Of a DNA stretch of 64,000 nt, positions 14,160 through 26,262 are shown piece by piece. Both the position numbers and the translations under genes were made by a program. The notes beneath the pieces were generated by a model that saw only the letters and a list, made by a program, of their open reading frames with translations, had not been told where the DNA came from and did no database searches. Every line of letters begins with the position of its first letter. The stretch's first letter is position 1. The DNA comes from Octopus sinensis (taxonomy: Eukaryota), in NCBI RefSeq assembly GCF_006345805.1, contig NC_043009.1:70246001-70310000 (forward strand), in the 5' to 3' direction.

Positions 14160-14896
14160 CTCAACTAACACTGCGGAATTCCTGAAGTAGATCCAACGGA
14201 AATATACCCCAGCTGGGCATGACACCAGGTGGCCCAAACCGTGCCAGTGGTCTACTCAACGCCGTAACATACTAATCGACTTATACCCATTATATTACAT
14301 ATGCCCCTACATACATACATACGTATTTACATACGTACATATGAGTCCAACAGCTATTTTTGTCAACACCTCAAATGTAAAATTCTTCCCTGAAGATGGC
14401 GTCTGGTGTTATCCTATGGTGGAATAAGGTTACAATCATTATTTTGGATCACCAAGTCCCCCGCCCACACACACAAAGCTGTTGCACTCGTAAAACTCCA
14501 ACTCAACTCCTTTAATTCCTGATATTTATATTCTGTGTAAGTCGAACTTTTTAATATGTATGCTTATGTACATTTTTCGTATAAAATGTATTTAATATTT
14601 TTTGTATATCGACTTCCCTAACTTGCTTGTCCTTCCATTTACTCCTTTACCTGCTCAAGTTTAAATTTCTTGCGCTCTACGAAGTGTATTCTATACTGAG
14701 AATTCTTGTCTCTAATCTATCAACGATATATACATACATACATGCATACGTATGTATGTGTACACATACATGCGCATATATATATATATATATTAATAAA
14801 TCTTCGGGTAGCAAAACAAACATTAGAAAAATTCTTTGCTACCAGTGGTCTAGCGAGAAGGAAAAAATTAGTCAAAAGACTATATATTATTCATAG

Positions 14897-15171
14897 AAAA
14901 ATACAGTGTACATTTAAACACATAAGAGATGGCCATAATAGGGCATCTCACTCACTAGAAAGGGCAGTTAAAACTCCAAGCCACTAATTTTGCAATTCTG
15001 AAAGGGAAGGAAAAATAAAAACATTTACCCTATCTTTCCTGGGTAAATGTTTTTATTTTTCATTCCCTTTCAGAATTGCAACTATTAGTGGCTTGGAGTT
15101 TTTAACTGCTCTTTCTAGTGAGTCAGATGCCCTATTATGGTCATCTCTTATGTGTTTAAAGATGTATTTTT
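14897..15171. repeat. Fold-back palindrome E, ~130-bp arms and 10-nt loop
   Basis: 14897-15030 is a close reverse complement of 15041-15171; the loop is TATCTTTCCT. Confidence 0.9.
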
Positions 15172-15593
15172 TGTGTGTATATATATATTTCCTTTCTCTT
15201 TTTTCTCAATCCTCCTTATTTCCTTCCCTTAACAAAAAGGAATGACCCCAACTGGAATCTACCCAGCATTCACTCTATATTGAGTGAGAAAACGGTATGG
15301 ACGGATTTGTGGAGTCCAATGATACCCTGTACCCCTATTTGATTATGAAGATTTACAAACATACTTTCTCAGTGGTACTCAATTTACCTACCATTATAAA
15401 TAATACAAAATGTTCTTTCTCAGACCTTTCATAATGTGATACAAGTCTTTGGTGTAGCAATTGCATGCGACTGAAGAGGGCTTTTAAACTATCTGTGATG
15501 TTGATTATACATTGATGTAAGAATAAGTTGTTTTATAAAGCTCGAAACATGTGTACTGTGACATCCTTTGTGTTCTGTTTTTGATTTCATTTG

Positions 15594-15627
<34 letters not shown>

Positions 15628-15629
<2 letters not shown>

Positions 15630-15805
15630 GACGGTCTTCGAATACGACGGTCTTCTTTCAGCTTCCGTCACCAATTCAGCTCGCAAGATGTTGGCAGGCA
15701 CGGTGCTACAGTAAATGACTCCTGCCCAAATTGCCACGCAGCGGGACTGAACGCGGAACGATGTGGTTGGGAAGCAAACGCCTAACCGCACGACCACGCT
15801 TGTGA
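15628..15805 (-). mobile_element. tRNA-derived SINE
   Basis: TTCTTTCAGCTTCCGTC...TGCCCAAATTGCCACGCAGCGGGACTGAACGCGGAACGATGTGGTTGGGAAGCAAAC; B-box-like sequence on the minus strand. Confidence 0.7.
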
Positions 15806-16229
15806 CGAAGCACTGGAATATAATGGTGGATACTTTTATAATTAGAAAATTATCCATTTCATTTAATATAAACAAATCAACCCTATTGATATGCTGCATG
15901 ATTTCAGCGTGTTGATTATTTATATTCGCTGTCTCAGTGAAGTAATTATAGGGATGAGCTGAGAGAAGTGCAGCACACGATTTTCCCAAAGAACGTGTGT
16001 AATTTGGAAAAAAAGAATGAAGGAAAAAAAATAACGGAAACAAAAGAAGCGCCGAAAAATCTTTCATTGCCAAACACGAACACTTAGATTCAGACAACAA
16101 CGAGATTTTGAAATCGCTTTGAGCAACACTGACAATATAATTATCTCTTGCTACTTGGCATTCACCTTCATGCAGCATAAACTGGATATATGTGTGTGTG
16201 TATGCATACACAAATGCATACTTACATAC

Positions 16230-16260
<31 letters not shown>

Positions 16261-16561
16261 CATACATACATACACACATACATACATACACACATACATA
16301 CATACATAGACAGTCATATATGTATATGCACATGAAAAAATGAAAGACCGTGTGCGTAAATCCGTGTATTTGTTCATTTGCATATATATGTGCCAATGTG
16401 TGTGTGTATGAGTGTATGTGTGTGGTGGGGTGAGGTCTAACCCATCACGTTTCAGATAATTTATATATATGAATATACAACAAATAAGACATTTTGAAAT
16501 AGGTGTCACCAATATACACACACACACAAACACACACACACACACACACACACCACACACA

Positions 16562-16592
<31 letters not shown>

Positions 16593-16607
16593 CAGATATA
16601 TGTGACG

Positions 16608-16967
16608 GAATGGAGAAGGTAAAGTTCAGACTACACATGTTTCCTAGTTAGAAGATCCACGGAAGTAATAATTACTCAACGACAGCTAATCATCGGGCCG
16701 AATATACCTTAGTTATCTGACGGTTACATTGTCATCAATGAATCCCAAGTTAACTCGCCAGAGATATAATTTAAACATGATATATATTTAAATTAATCTC
16801 CGGCGACTTAACATGGGATATTTCTTAACTACGATATAACATTCATTTAGTTAAGGTATCTTCGACCTGATGTGTGGATAGTGCAGTACATTTCGTTGAG
16901 TAATTATTATTTCCGAGGATCAGCTGTCTAGGAGTCGTATGTACTTCGGATTTTACCTGCTCCATTC
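16608..16967. repeat. Diverged ~360-bp palindrome F; a solo arm also lies at ~37330-37490
   Basis: GATCCACGGAAGTAATAATTACTCAACGA (16654-16682) pairs with 16893-16921. Outer arms extend to GAATGGAGAAGG / CCTGCTCCATTC, and there is a central hairpin ATCCCAAGTTAA...TTAACATGGGAT. Confidence 0.8.
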
Positions 16968-17797
16968 TCCCAATTTGGATTTCTATTCGCATTCATAACA
17001 GCCCTCGTTGCTAACCGTGAACTGTAATGGATCTACCTACAAGATGACACAAGATTCTGGAACGAAACGGGGATCAGATCACCGGTTGAAGAGATCATTT
17101 TGTGTTCAAAACCTGTAGCTTATTATCGCTTAAAAAACCGAGCGAACTTTTAGCGAACCCAATACATACATACATACATACATACATACATACATACATA
17201 CATACATACATACATACATACATACATACTTACATACATATATACATACATACATGCATACATACATACATACATATATATATATATATGTGTGTCTGTG
17301 TGTGTCTGTGTGTTTATATATACAAATATATATATACAAAAATACACACTAACCGCTCTCTCACTCTGACACACACACACGCAACACATGCACACTCGCA
17401 CATACACACACACCAATGTGTTTCAGTGTGTGCGTGCGTGTATACTTGCATATATAAAAGAAGGGCGGACTCGAATTCATTGGACAATAAAATCTCGATC
17501 GTCTTTTTCCCATCTTTCGGCTGCTTCGCTGCGAAACAGTGGAATCTTGCAAAACTTGGATTCAAACCAACATCAGAATAATTGAATATGACTTAAGTAG
17601 ACATTGCGCATGCAGGTAGCCGAGTGTCTGTTTGTTTTATGGCAATTACAAGGGAATTATAGTAGCTGTAATGTAGTAATATACGGACACATAGACAGAT
17701 CTGCTCCACTGGGCCTGGCAGCAGACAACAGATATATTGTATTCCCGCCGCAATCCCATGGCACTACATACACATAGATGTGTATGTATGTATGTAT

Positions 17798-17858
<61 letters not shown>

Positions 17859-17880
17859 GTGTATATATATATGTGTGTAT

Positions 17881-17923
<43 letters not shown>

Positions 17924-18929
17924 GTGTACTCTGTTTCTGCATATGCATACACGCGCATACGTAACATACATATGCATATGTATGTGTTTCTCTGTGTGTC
18001 CGTGTATGTATTCGTTTCTTTCTGTTGCTTTACTAGTGCTTCCTTTGAACAAATGGCCATTGATTTCTCTGAGACATGTTTTTGAATTGCAGCAAGAGAA
18101 AAGTCCAATGTCGGAGACGAGCTGGCATAAAATATTGGTGCTCAGATACAGTCTTATAAACATAGAATGAAATTCCTATGAAATATATTTTCAATGAGAG
18201 GTCAAAGACTGAAAAATGATGTGTGATAATGTGTATCGAAGATAATTTCAATGATTGCATTTATGAATGGCTAAGGATTGGCCAAAATGGAAGCCGGGTT
18301 GGTTGAATGAATGGACGGTTGCGCAAAAGATGTCTCACATTACGTAGTTAAGTCTGCTTAGATTCTGAGTTGAAATCGAACCGATCTCAACTGCTCCATG
18401 AGGTTGTGAACCCATCGTCTTTTGAGATATATTTAACCGACTAATGTTTGTCACAAGGTATATAACCCTGTGCTGATGATATAACTTCGGCATTATTATT
18501 ACAATCGGTTATGCATTGTCAAATTGTGCACTAAAACTGTCAAATTAGTAGCGTCGGTCGAAATGTATACGTTGCTGTACAATCTGAAATGAATTTCATT
18601 TCTTTCCGTTGTTGATCTTGTTCCCCAGGCCTGATCGAGATCTAATTGGACAGATTTGGGTTTAGAGACATTCCAGCCGTGAATATTTTCTCCCAATGTT
18701 TCATAATAATTGGTTCAAGTGAGAGAGTGGAAGTCAGTTACATAGACCTCAGTACTCCAGTAGTTGACTGGTACTTTATTCTCTTTAGGACAAAAGGCAA
18801 AAGGAAGAATTTGAATCCAGAACATGATGAGCTGCAAGAGATAGCACTAACGATTTCACGAGGTCACCCCTTAACACTTTTTTCGGAATAATCCTTTCTA
18901 CTATAGGCACATGACCTGTCAATTTCTGA

Positions 18930-19102
18930 CAAGTGAGCTAATCGATTACATCGACCCCTCTGATCATTTGGTACTTATTTCATTGACACCGAAAGTATGA
19001 AAGGCAATGTCTACTTCGGATGAACTTGAACTCAGAACATAGATGAAGTGCTGCTAAGCATTTTCTTCGGTATGCTAACCATTCTGACATCTCGCCACCT
19101 TA
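18930..19102 (-). mobile_element. tRNA-derived SINE with Meta-like central domain, degenerate
   Basis: TGGTACTTATTTCATTGACACCGAAAGTATGAAAGGCAATGTCTAC...TTGAACTCAGAAC. Confidence 0.7.
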
Positions 19103-19419
19103 TCAGGTTTTTCGTAATGACAGATATAACTTTAAGATAACATAAAAAGGACCCAGTTTAGTGCTGCCAGAATCTTTAAATTGCTAAACGAGATGACTTC
19201 TTGTATTAATCTTAGTTGATTTGCGTTCTCAACTCCAGTTCCATGTTTCCAGAGGTGAATTATTCAAACCCCAAAGAACCGATCTCAACACATGATCCCT
19301 GGCTTACCACCTATGCAGGAAGTGCAAAAGATTGTCTTAACTGGTAACTAGTCACACGTCCTGAGAAGAGGCTGGAGGGTAATCTCTGCTGGCATAAAAT
19401 TATCAAAAGACATCATTGG

Positions 19420-20700
19420 ATGATTGTGGGATAATGAGGTGTACAACTATCTAGGAGTGCAGCAAGAGGATAATGGAAGCAGAAATGAGAGAGAAAGTTA
19501 CCAAAGAGGACAAAAGGAGAATTGGAAACCAGATGAAATGGTGGGGACATGATTAAAACCATAAATACTGTGCTTGTATTGGGTTACTCTGCTTCCCTTT
19601 TGAAATGGACGAAAGTCGACCAACAGAACTTCAACTGCAGAACAGGAAAGCCATTGAGAATGCTGAATGTACTCCTCTCTAAAAGCGAGCGATTCTACCT
19701 ACCAAGAATGGAAAGTAGCAGAGAATGGCTGAATGCAGAAAACACCGTTAATAGGGTGATATTAGGTGTGAAGAATAATGTTGTGCAGAGTGAAGAAAGA
19801 ATGCTATCGGCAGCGAAGGCTGTCCAAAAATGACCGAAACAGTAAGGGAATTGGAAGAGGAAAGGTAAAAACAAGAGAACAAACAAATAGAATGAAATGG
19901 TACCACGTGATTAATTCATGAAACAAACCGGGAATGCTGGAAGTAAAGACTGCGGGATCTGGCTGACGGTGAGGAGGGAGGGATTTGAAACGAGGGGTAG
20001 AAACGCTAATTATAGCCATTCAGGAGCAAACCCTTAAAGCAAATCTGATAAAGGTAGGATCGACAAAACTCAGACAGTAAATGTAGACTCTACAAGAAAG
20101 AAAAAATATATCAATGACGCTCTGAATGCTTGCGGTATACTAACTGAAAAAGAGTATAAGCGCAGACATGAGTGCGCAGGCGAAAGAGTGCATTAGAATG
20201 TTAGCCGAGTGTGTACCTTTAAAACAACAGAAAAGTGGTAAGAGTATGAACCAGAAGCTGTGATAAGAATTAGAAGATCAAGCTGGATTTTTTCCATAAA
20301 GATTGACCATAAAGATTGAAGGAAGAAGGTCGGACATGATCATGTAGAGCAAAATATAGAAACAGTGTAAAATCATAGATTTTGCAATTCCACATGATAG
20401 CAGAGTCGATATCAAGTAAATAGGGAAAAAATCAGAAATCTCAAGATCTTGCCAGGGAAATGAGGAAACTGCAGAATACCAAGGCAACAATTATTCCTGC
20501 AGTAAGTGATGCATTTGGCACAACATCCCAAAACTCTGTCTAAAAGACTGAAAGAAATTGGAATTGAAACTCGAATTGGCGACGACCTGCAGAACAAAAA
20601 AATCATTCTATATTCTGCAAGAATCTTGGAGAAGGTACTCGAGATTTGAGGAAATCTGTTTTCACCAAATATCACGGTAAAATACTTACAAACTAAATTA
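19420..20700 (+). mobile_element. R4/Dong-clade non-LTR retrotransposon (RLE type), 3' part, degraded
   Basis: VYNYLGVQ, MIKTINT..VLGYS..LKW, RFYLPR, KRRH, REL motifs RRSDMI...IIDFAIPHD and terminal SARILEKVLEI*; many stops and frameshifts. Confidence 0.85.
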
Positions 20701-20712
20701 GCAGGCAGTAGC

Positions 20713-20713
20713 G

Positions 20714-20755
<42 letters not shown>

Positions 20756-20789
20756 CGCTGCTTCTTCTTTTTCTTCTTCTTCTTCTTTT

Positions 20790-20826
<37 letters not shown>

Positions 20827-20863
20827 CGCTGCTTCTTCTTCTTCTTCTTCTTCTTCTTCTTTT

Positions 20864-20909
<46 letters not shown>

Positions 20910-20960
20910 ACTACTACTACTACTACTACTACTACTATTACTACTACTACTACTACTACT
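20713..20960. repeat. (TAC)n/(TTC)n compound microsatellite with a duplicated block
   Basis: The block TACTACCGCTGCTTCTTC...TTTTCTACTAC occurs twice, followed by a long TAC run. Confidence 0.9.
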
Positions 20961-23900
20961 TTATTACCCACAAAGGGGTTACATTAAAAATAAAAACGTT
21001 ACGGAAAACACAGGATAAATACAAAGTCGGGTTACACGAAGGTCGTGTGAACAATGAATAATTACAATCGAATGTAACAACAAAATTTCGCATACGATGG
21101 AGACCTAGGAGGGCTTGTGGAATCCCCAGAAATCCACGACAGTCTTGACTTTGTCTACAAGCGCATGCTTAGAGCAGGCCCATTCACTCGAGTCATTCTT
21201 GAGACATTCACCCTCCTTTTAACAAAATTGTTGGAGGGTGGGCAGAAATTCCTTTCTCCATCCTCACTTTCTATTTCAAGTGAAGCTTGAAAAAGTTGAT
21301 GAGGACTTAGCTAGAGAGGAAAGTATTAGTCTTCAGCCCTTCCAGTCTGATTCACCACACAACCTCTTTCGCTAAGCCTACCAGGCAAAGAATAACAACC
21401 TGCCTTTCCCAGTCAAAGGAGGGCAGCGGGGCTATCCTCACAATGGACTCAGCTTATAGCCGGATCCGTCCTACTCTCAAAAACAGGTGTTTGATATAGA
21501 CCCACAAGTCAAAAGTACTGTCACTAGTCAACAGCATGCTCTGCGCGCATCTCGGGCAAGCCCGGCTTACTGTACGTCCGTGCCTGTAGAGCTAATCCCA
21601 AACAAGCAGTGCCATCGATAGCACTGCCAGGCCAAAGATTTCTGGAAATTATCTAAGTGCTCGGGCTGAAGGTTCTCCAGAACAGACCTGTCGTCGATGC
21701 CCAGAGTCTTCCCGAGAACGTCAGCACACTTACCCGCCACTAACCCTCTATAGAAAGGCAGAGTGGAGCTTCCACTGACCGCATTGCTCGACTGGCAGAG
21801 GAGTGTGAGGGCCTAACGATACTCTAGGTGGCAGGCGCCCTGCCTCGGTCTATACTTGATCTTTGACTGCAGCATAGTCAAAGAGACGAGTCGTAGGAAA
21901 TCATGTTTGACAAACGGCAACTACACCTGTTCACCGTCTAGAAAGCACTGGAAATGATGTCGCAACTTCAGCCTGTGTCTGCGCATAAATACAGCATGCT
22001 CAGCCCTCCATTTAGCGGCTGTTGGCAGCAAATGAACCGCCTGTCGCGAATGGATCTGCTTGATATGGTGCACGTTTGCGCTATTCCAATTAGTTCCTCG
22101 ATGACAAGCGCCAACCTCATCGCTAGCGCCTTGGCTAAAATTTTGAGGTCTGCATTCAGCAGTGTTATGGGCTGAACATTTTCTATTTCATCCCCCTTAT
22201 TTGGGTCCTTTCTAAGCGGTGCCACCGCTTCTCAGCTCACAGAACTAGGAATTCTCTCGTTTTGCTGCCAGTTGCAATAGATATTTGATAAGAGACCCCT
22301 AAACAAGTCTGGCATATAACAGTAAAGCTCGTATGACTGACCTTCCAAACCAGGTTATTTACCCCCATGCAGCCTATTATCGCATCCCGTATTTACGTGG
22401 CTGTTATCGGCATTTTGCAACGCCTTTCCCAAATTGCCGAGAATCGTAGCATGCCGTCGAGGTAGGCACTAAAATCTCTCATGCGTTCCGAACCGACATT
22501 TGCCCTAAACTTTGGGAGAAGTGCCGCTGAAATGCTGCGAACATCTGCACGAGCTGAAGTACCGTGCGCCCACTTTAGACCACCAAAGACCGAATGTTGA
22601 TTATCTTACTACGTTGATCTCTGTCACTGGAGCCCATCGGGCAGCTTTAATTTTCCTCGTTTCTTAGAACACGTGCGTCAGGCATAACAATGCATCCTTC
22701 CTGCTTAGCGTTGAAGAATTGGTCCAGGACCAATCTCACCGCCAGTACGTCGATTGCAATACATCTTCTAAGTACCTAACTAGATTGCCCTCTATTTTAT
22801 TTTTCTTTATCGCTAGAGCCTTGCTAAACCTATTCTAATTGCTCTTTTCAGGGGGTACCACCATATGTTGTCGAGGATTGACCCCGTTAACAACAGCTTA
22901 ACTAATTCGCTAATCCGGTCCCTCTAAGCTTAGTGCGCTGGGAGTTACGCAATAAGTTTCCAGTAACAGAGCCCCTGCCTTCGTACTCTATCTAAAGCGA
23001 CCGTACAGATGTAACCGACGATTTAAAAAAGTGGACAACTTATAATATCATTATCTACTGGCCTACAGAATATTCTATCTAGATATGACCTGGATGACAC
23101 GATGCGGGCAGCCCAGGACCACAGCGGTACATTCGAAAAATCTAGCTGGTACCCGTGAGACAGTTGAAAACGCCTGAGCAGGTTTGCGAGGCTTTTGCAC
23201 CCCGCTCTTCTGTGCACTAGCCCCACAGTGTCCAGACGTAGTCTAAGATAGTGTTCCAATCGCCCATGCACTAAAGGAAGTGACATTCCTGGGAAAACCT
23301 CCAGGCTTCTGAAGAAATCCGGCTACACTGCTCCAGTCTGAAAGTATCTCCGTCACTACTGTTCACATGCAGGACCACTAACTTAGCTTCTGGGTCCAGC
23401 AAAATAGTCCTTATCTTGAGATCCAGGCCTCTCCGGTTCAACGCTGCCGTTCTACTCCTATTCCTGGTTGACATGGAGGTAGATATATCTCGTATCCACC
23501 GAAAATAGGCATGAAAGTTTGTCGGTCAGAGAGTTCGGTTTCACTGATACTCACTACATCGACACTTAGTGAACTGAGATCGTTGAGAAGATGGCCTTGT
23601 TTCCAAGGTGACCCTAGGTCACATGCTTTCATACTGCTTACTCTGAGCAGGCTCATGTTAGATCAAAGTATAGAGAAGGGAAAGGATACTTAGTGTGATT
23701 CACAGTTTTTTATATATATATTCGTCTATTTATGGTCTGGCTGGGAAGCCCCTACTCCTTCAGGAGGTTTTGTTTTGATGGTTTTATATGCGTATTGTGA
23801 TGTTTGTATGACTTTAACATATGTTGCTGTGATGGTTGTAGGTGTGATGAAGTCAGTGTGTGTGATGCTTGTATTATTACGTATGTGATCCATTAGTTTG

Positions 23901-25800
23901 TTGTTGTTTTTGTCTGTAGCAGTGTAGTTGAGAATGTTCAAAATGTTTGAATGAACATTGCTGGTGTTGCGATGAGCGATCTGAAAGTGGTGTGTGTGGA
24001 TTGGGTTGTGCTTGTGGTGGTGGGGTTTGTGATAATGGTGGTGGTGGTGACGGTAGTGACGGTGGGGTTTGTGATAATGGTGGTGGTGGTGACGGTAGTG
24101 ATGGTGGGGTTTGTGATAATGGTGGTGGTGGTGATGGTGGGGTTTGTGATAATGGTGGTGGTGGTGATGGTGGGGTTTGTGATAATGGTGGTGGTGGTGA
24201 TGGTGGGGTTTGTGATAATGGTGGTGGTGGTGACGGTAGTGATGGAGATGATGTTGTTCTCGATGGTGTCTCCCACTTCCGGTCATACCTGCCCGGTTTT
24301 GTGTTGATATCTTTGTTGGTTTGTTTCTTTATCTTGTGTTTGATCCCCGAACCTTTTGCCAGTGTGAGTCTGCCTGCGCCCCCGCCCTCACCGCAGGACA
24401 TGTGATTGCTCCGAACACGGGAGGAGCAAATCTTGTGGAGCTTTTCGTGGTTTTTCTGTTGATAATGTTGTTTTGGCGGATTCTGGTGCTGTTGTATCTG
24501 CTGCTGTCAATGTTGCTTGTTTCTCTACCGTTGTTTCCACTGTTGTTCTTGCTGTTGTTGCTGTCGGTGCTTCTGTAATTGAATTTGCTACTGCTACTGT
24601 TGTTCTTGCAGCTGCAGTCGTCTGCTTCTGCTAGTGCTGTTCCTGGTGTTGTTGTTTTGGTGATGGTGTCGGCAAAATTGGGAAGCTCAATTTTCTTTTT
24701 TGTTGTGGGCAAAACGCTTTCAGGTGATTTGTGTCCCCACAAAGATGACATCTTGGCTTTGTGCCCTCAACTACCACATGGTATTTGTGCCATCCGGTAG
24801 GCTTGTGTAGTCCGGGATAACTTCCACGCTTTGCTGGTCATCTTGTATTAGAAGCTGCATCCCCTGTCCTAACCAGTTCTACTTTTAAATCTTCTGTGTT
24901 CGTATGAAGTGTGGTTTTCTCTTCTATGTCGAAGAGAATTACAGCCATTAATCAGCAGATGCTTATCTCTGGTGGAATGTTGAATAATCCAACTCTGAGT
25001 ACTCTTCGACCAAAGTAGATGGACATGAGAATAAGTCCGGCACTTATTAGCTGTTGGGTGATTTTTGGACTCTTCCTGCGGGGCGAACCTCACGTCCACA
25101 GTCCCATATTCCTTCCCTCTGGCTACATAGGTTTTTGCTTTTCCAAACTTGTTTTAAGCATTTTTCTGTTTGCTGCTGTGTAACCTGCTCCACGTTCCTA
25201 CTTTAGTCTCCAATTGTTTTATATAGAACTCTCTGCAAACTTATTTCTTGCTAGGCAGTTCCAGGAATGTTTGGTACCACATTTCTGCCACATTTCTCTA
25301 ACATGCATTTTACTCCTTTGAATTCATTTTCGTCTCTGAAAATGCCTTCCCTCACTTCTCTGGTCGTGGTCTCTTTCGCAAAGTCGAAACCGCTTCGACT
25401 GGATTTGCTTGTCTCCTTTTCGTTGTTGTCTTTTCCGTTAAACATTTTGGCGGTGGACCTGCTGCTGGCATCGGAGGCGGCAGAGTTCTCGCTTGTGTCG
25501 TTTCTCATTGTCATATTCATTTGTTCTTGCGATGATGAAGGGGGTGGGGGGTGGAAGCAAGGGATAATTGTTTTCATAGGCCTCACGTGCGCCATTGTTC
25601 TTGTTGTTGCTCTAGCAGTCACTGTCTTTCACGACTCGGCTGTTCTTTCTTCTCGTTCGCCATCTTTGTTTTTTCTTTTTTTTTTCACAAGAAACAAAAG
25701 AAAAAAAGCGAGCGTCTTAGCTCGAACAAATACCAAAATCGCCCTAAAAGGCTGCAGAGGGACAAGAACTAACCAGCTCCCCCCAACGTTGCGGTTTCTT
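20961..25800 (-). mobile_element. Near full-length, degraded Tx1-like (L1 clade) LINE with an internal RT deletion
   Basis: ORF1 has the zinc knuckle VVVEGTKPRCHLCGDTNHLKAFC (CX2CX4HX4C) and GRRVLRV..NIPPEI. The APE endonuclease reads MSLLRVSS..KQGHLLNDL..DVVSISET and the RT N-part reads PLRKDPNKG..PITLLNADLKILAK. The C-terminus LAKEVVW..LINFFKLHLK matches the 52.2-kb copy. Confidence 0.9.
23990..24245. repeat. 27/36-bp minisatellite inside LINE ORF1 (PPPPLSQTPPS repeats on the minus strand)
   Basis: The unit GGTGGGGTTTGTGATAATGGTGGTGGT is repeated about 7 times, some copies with an added GACGGTAGT. Confidence 0.9.
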
Positions 25801-25899
25801 TAACAAAGCAACGATAACAAATGCACAATGTATAACGATGCGGAACAATATGAACAGCAACATGACTTACGGAGAGATGTGAACACACGTCGAGAGACG

Positions 25900-26171
25900 A
25901 ACAACAACAACAACAATAATAACAATAATACATAGAAGGAGAAGAAGAAGATGAAGAAGAACAAGAACAAAAACAACAATAATAACAATAATAATAATAA
26001 TAACAATAATACAAAGAAGAAGAAGAAGAAGAAGAAGAAGAAGAAGAAGAACAACAACAACAACAACAAAAACAACAGCAGCAGCCACTACAGCAATAAC
26101 AACAGTAACAACAACGATAATGACAACGACATCGATGATGACGACGAAAACGCTGCTGCTGCTGCTGCTGG

Positions 26172-26239
<68 letters not shown>

Positions 26240-26262
26240 GTGATGATGGTGATGATATTAAT
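25900..26262. repeat. Compound microsatellite (AAC/AAT/AAG/GCT/GAT)n
   Basis: Seen directly in the sequence. Confidence 0.9.

Noticed and set aside
14385-14450. CTGAAGA core at ~14390 (similar hits at ~34450, 38615, 42282 and 62808)
   Set aside because: No correctly placed GAAA / stem III / NUH / stem I combination.
15489-16211. 240-aa minus ORF
   Set aside because: It runs through a SINE and CA microsatellites and has no protein-like features.
25267-25803. 178-aa plus-strand hydrophobic ORF
   Set aside because: It is antisense to the 5' end of the Tx1-like LINE ORF1; the hydrophobicity mirrors the purine-rich minus strand.
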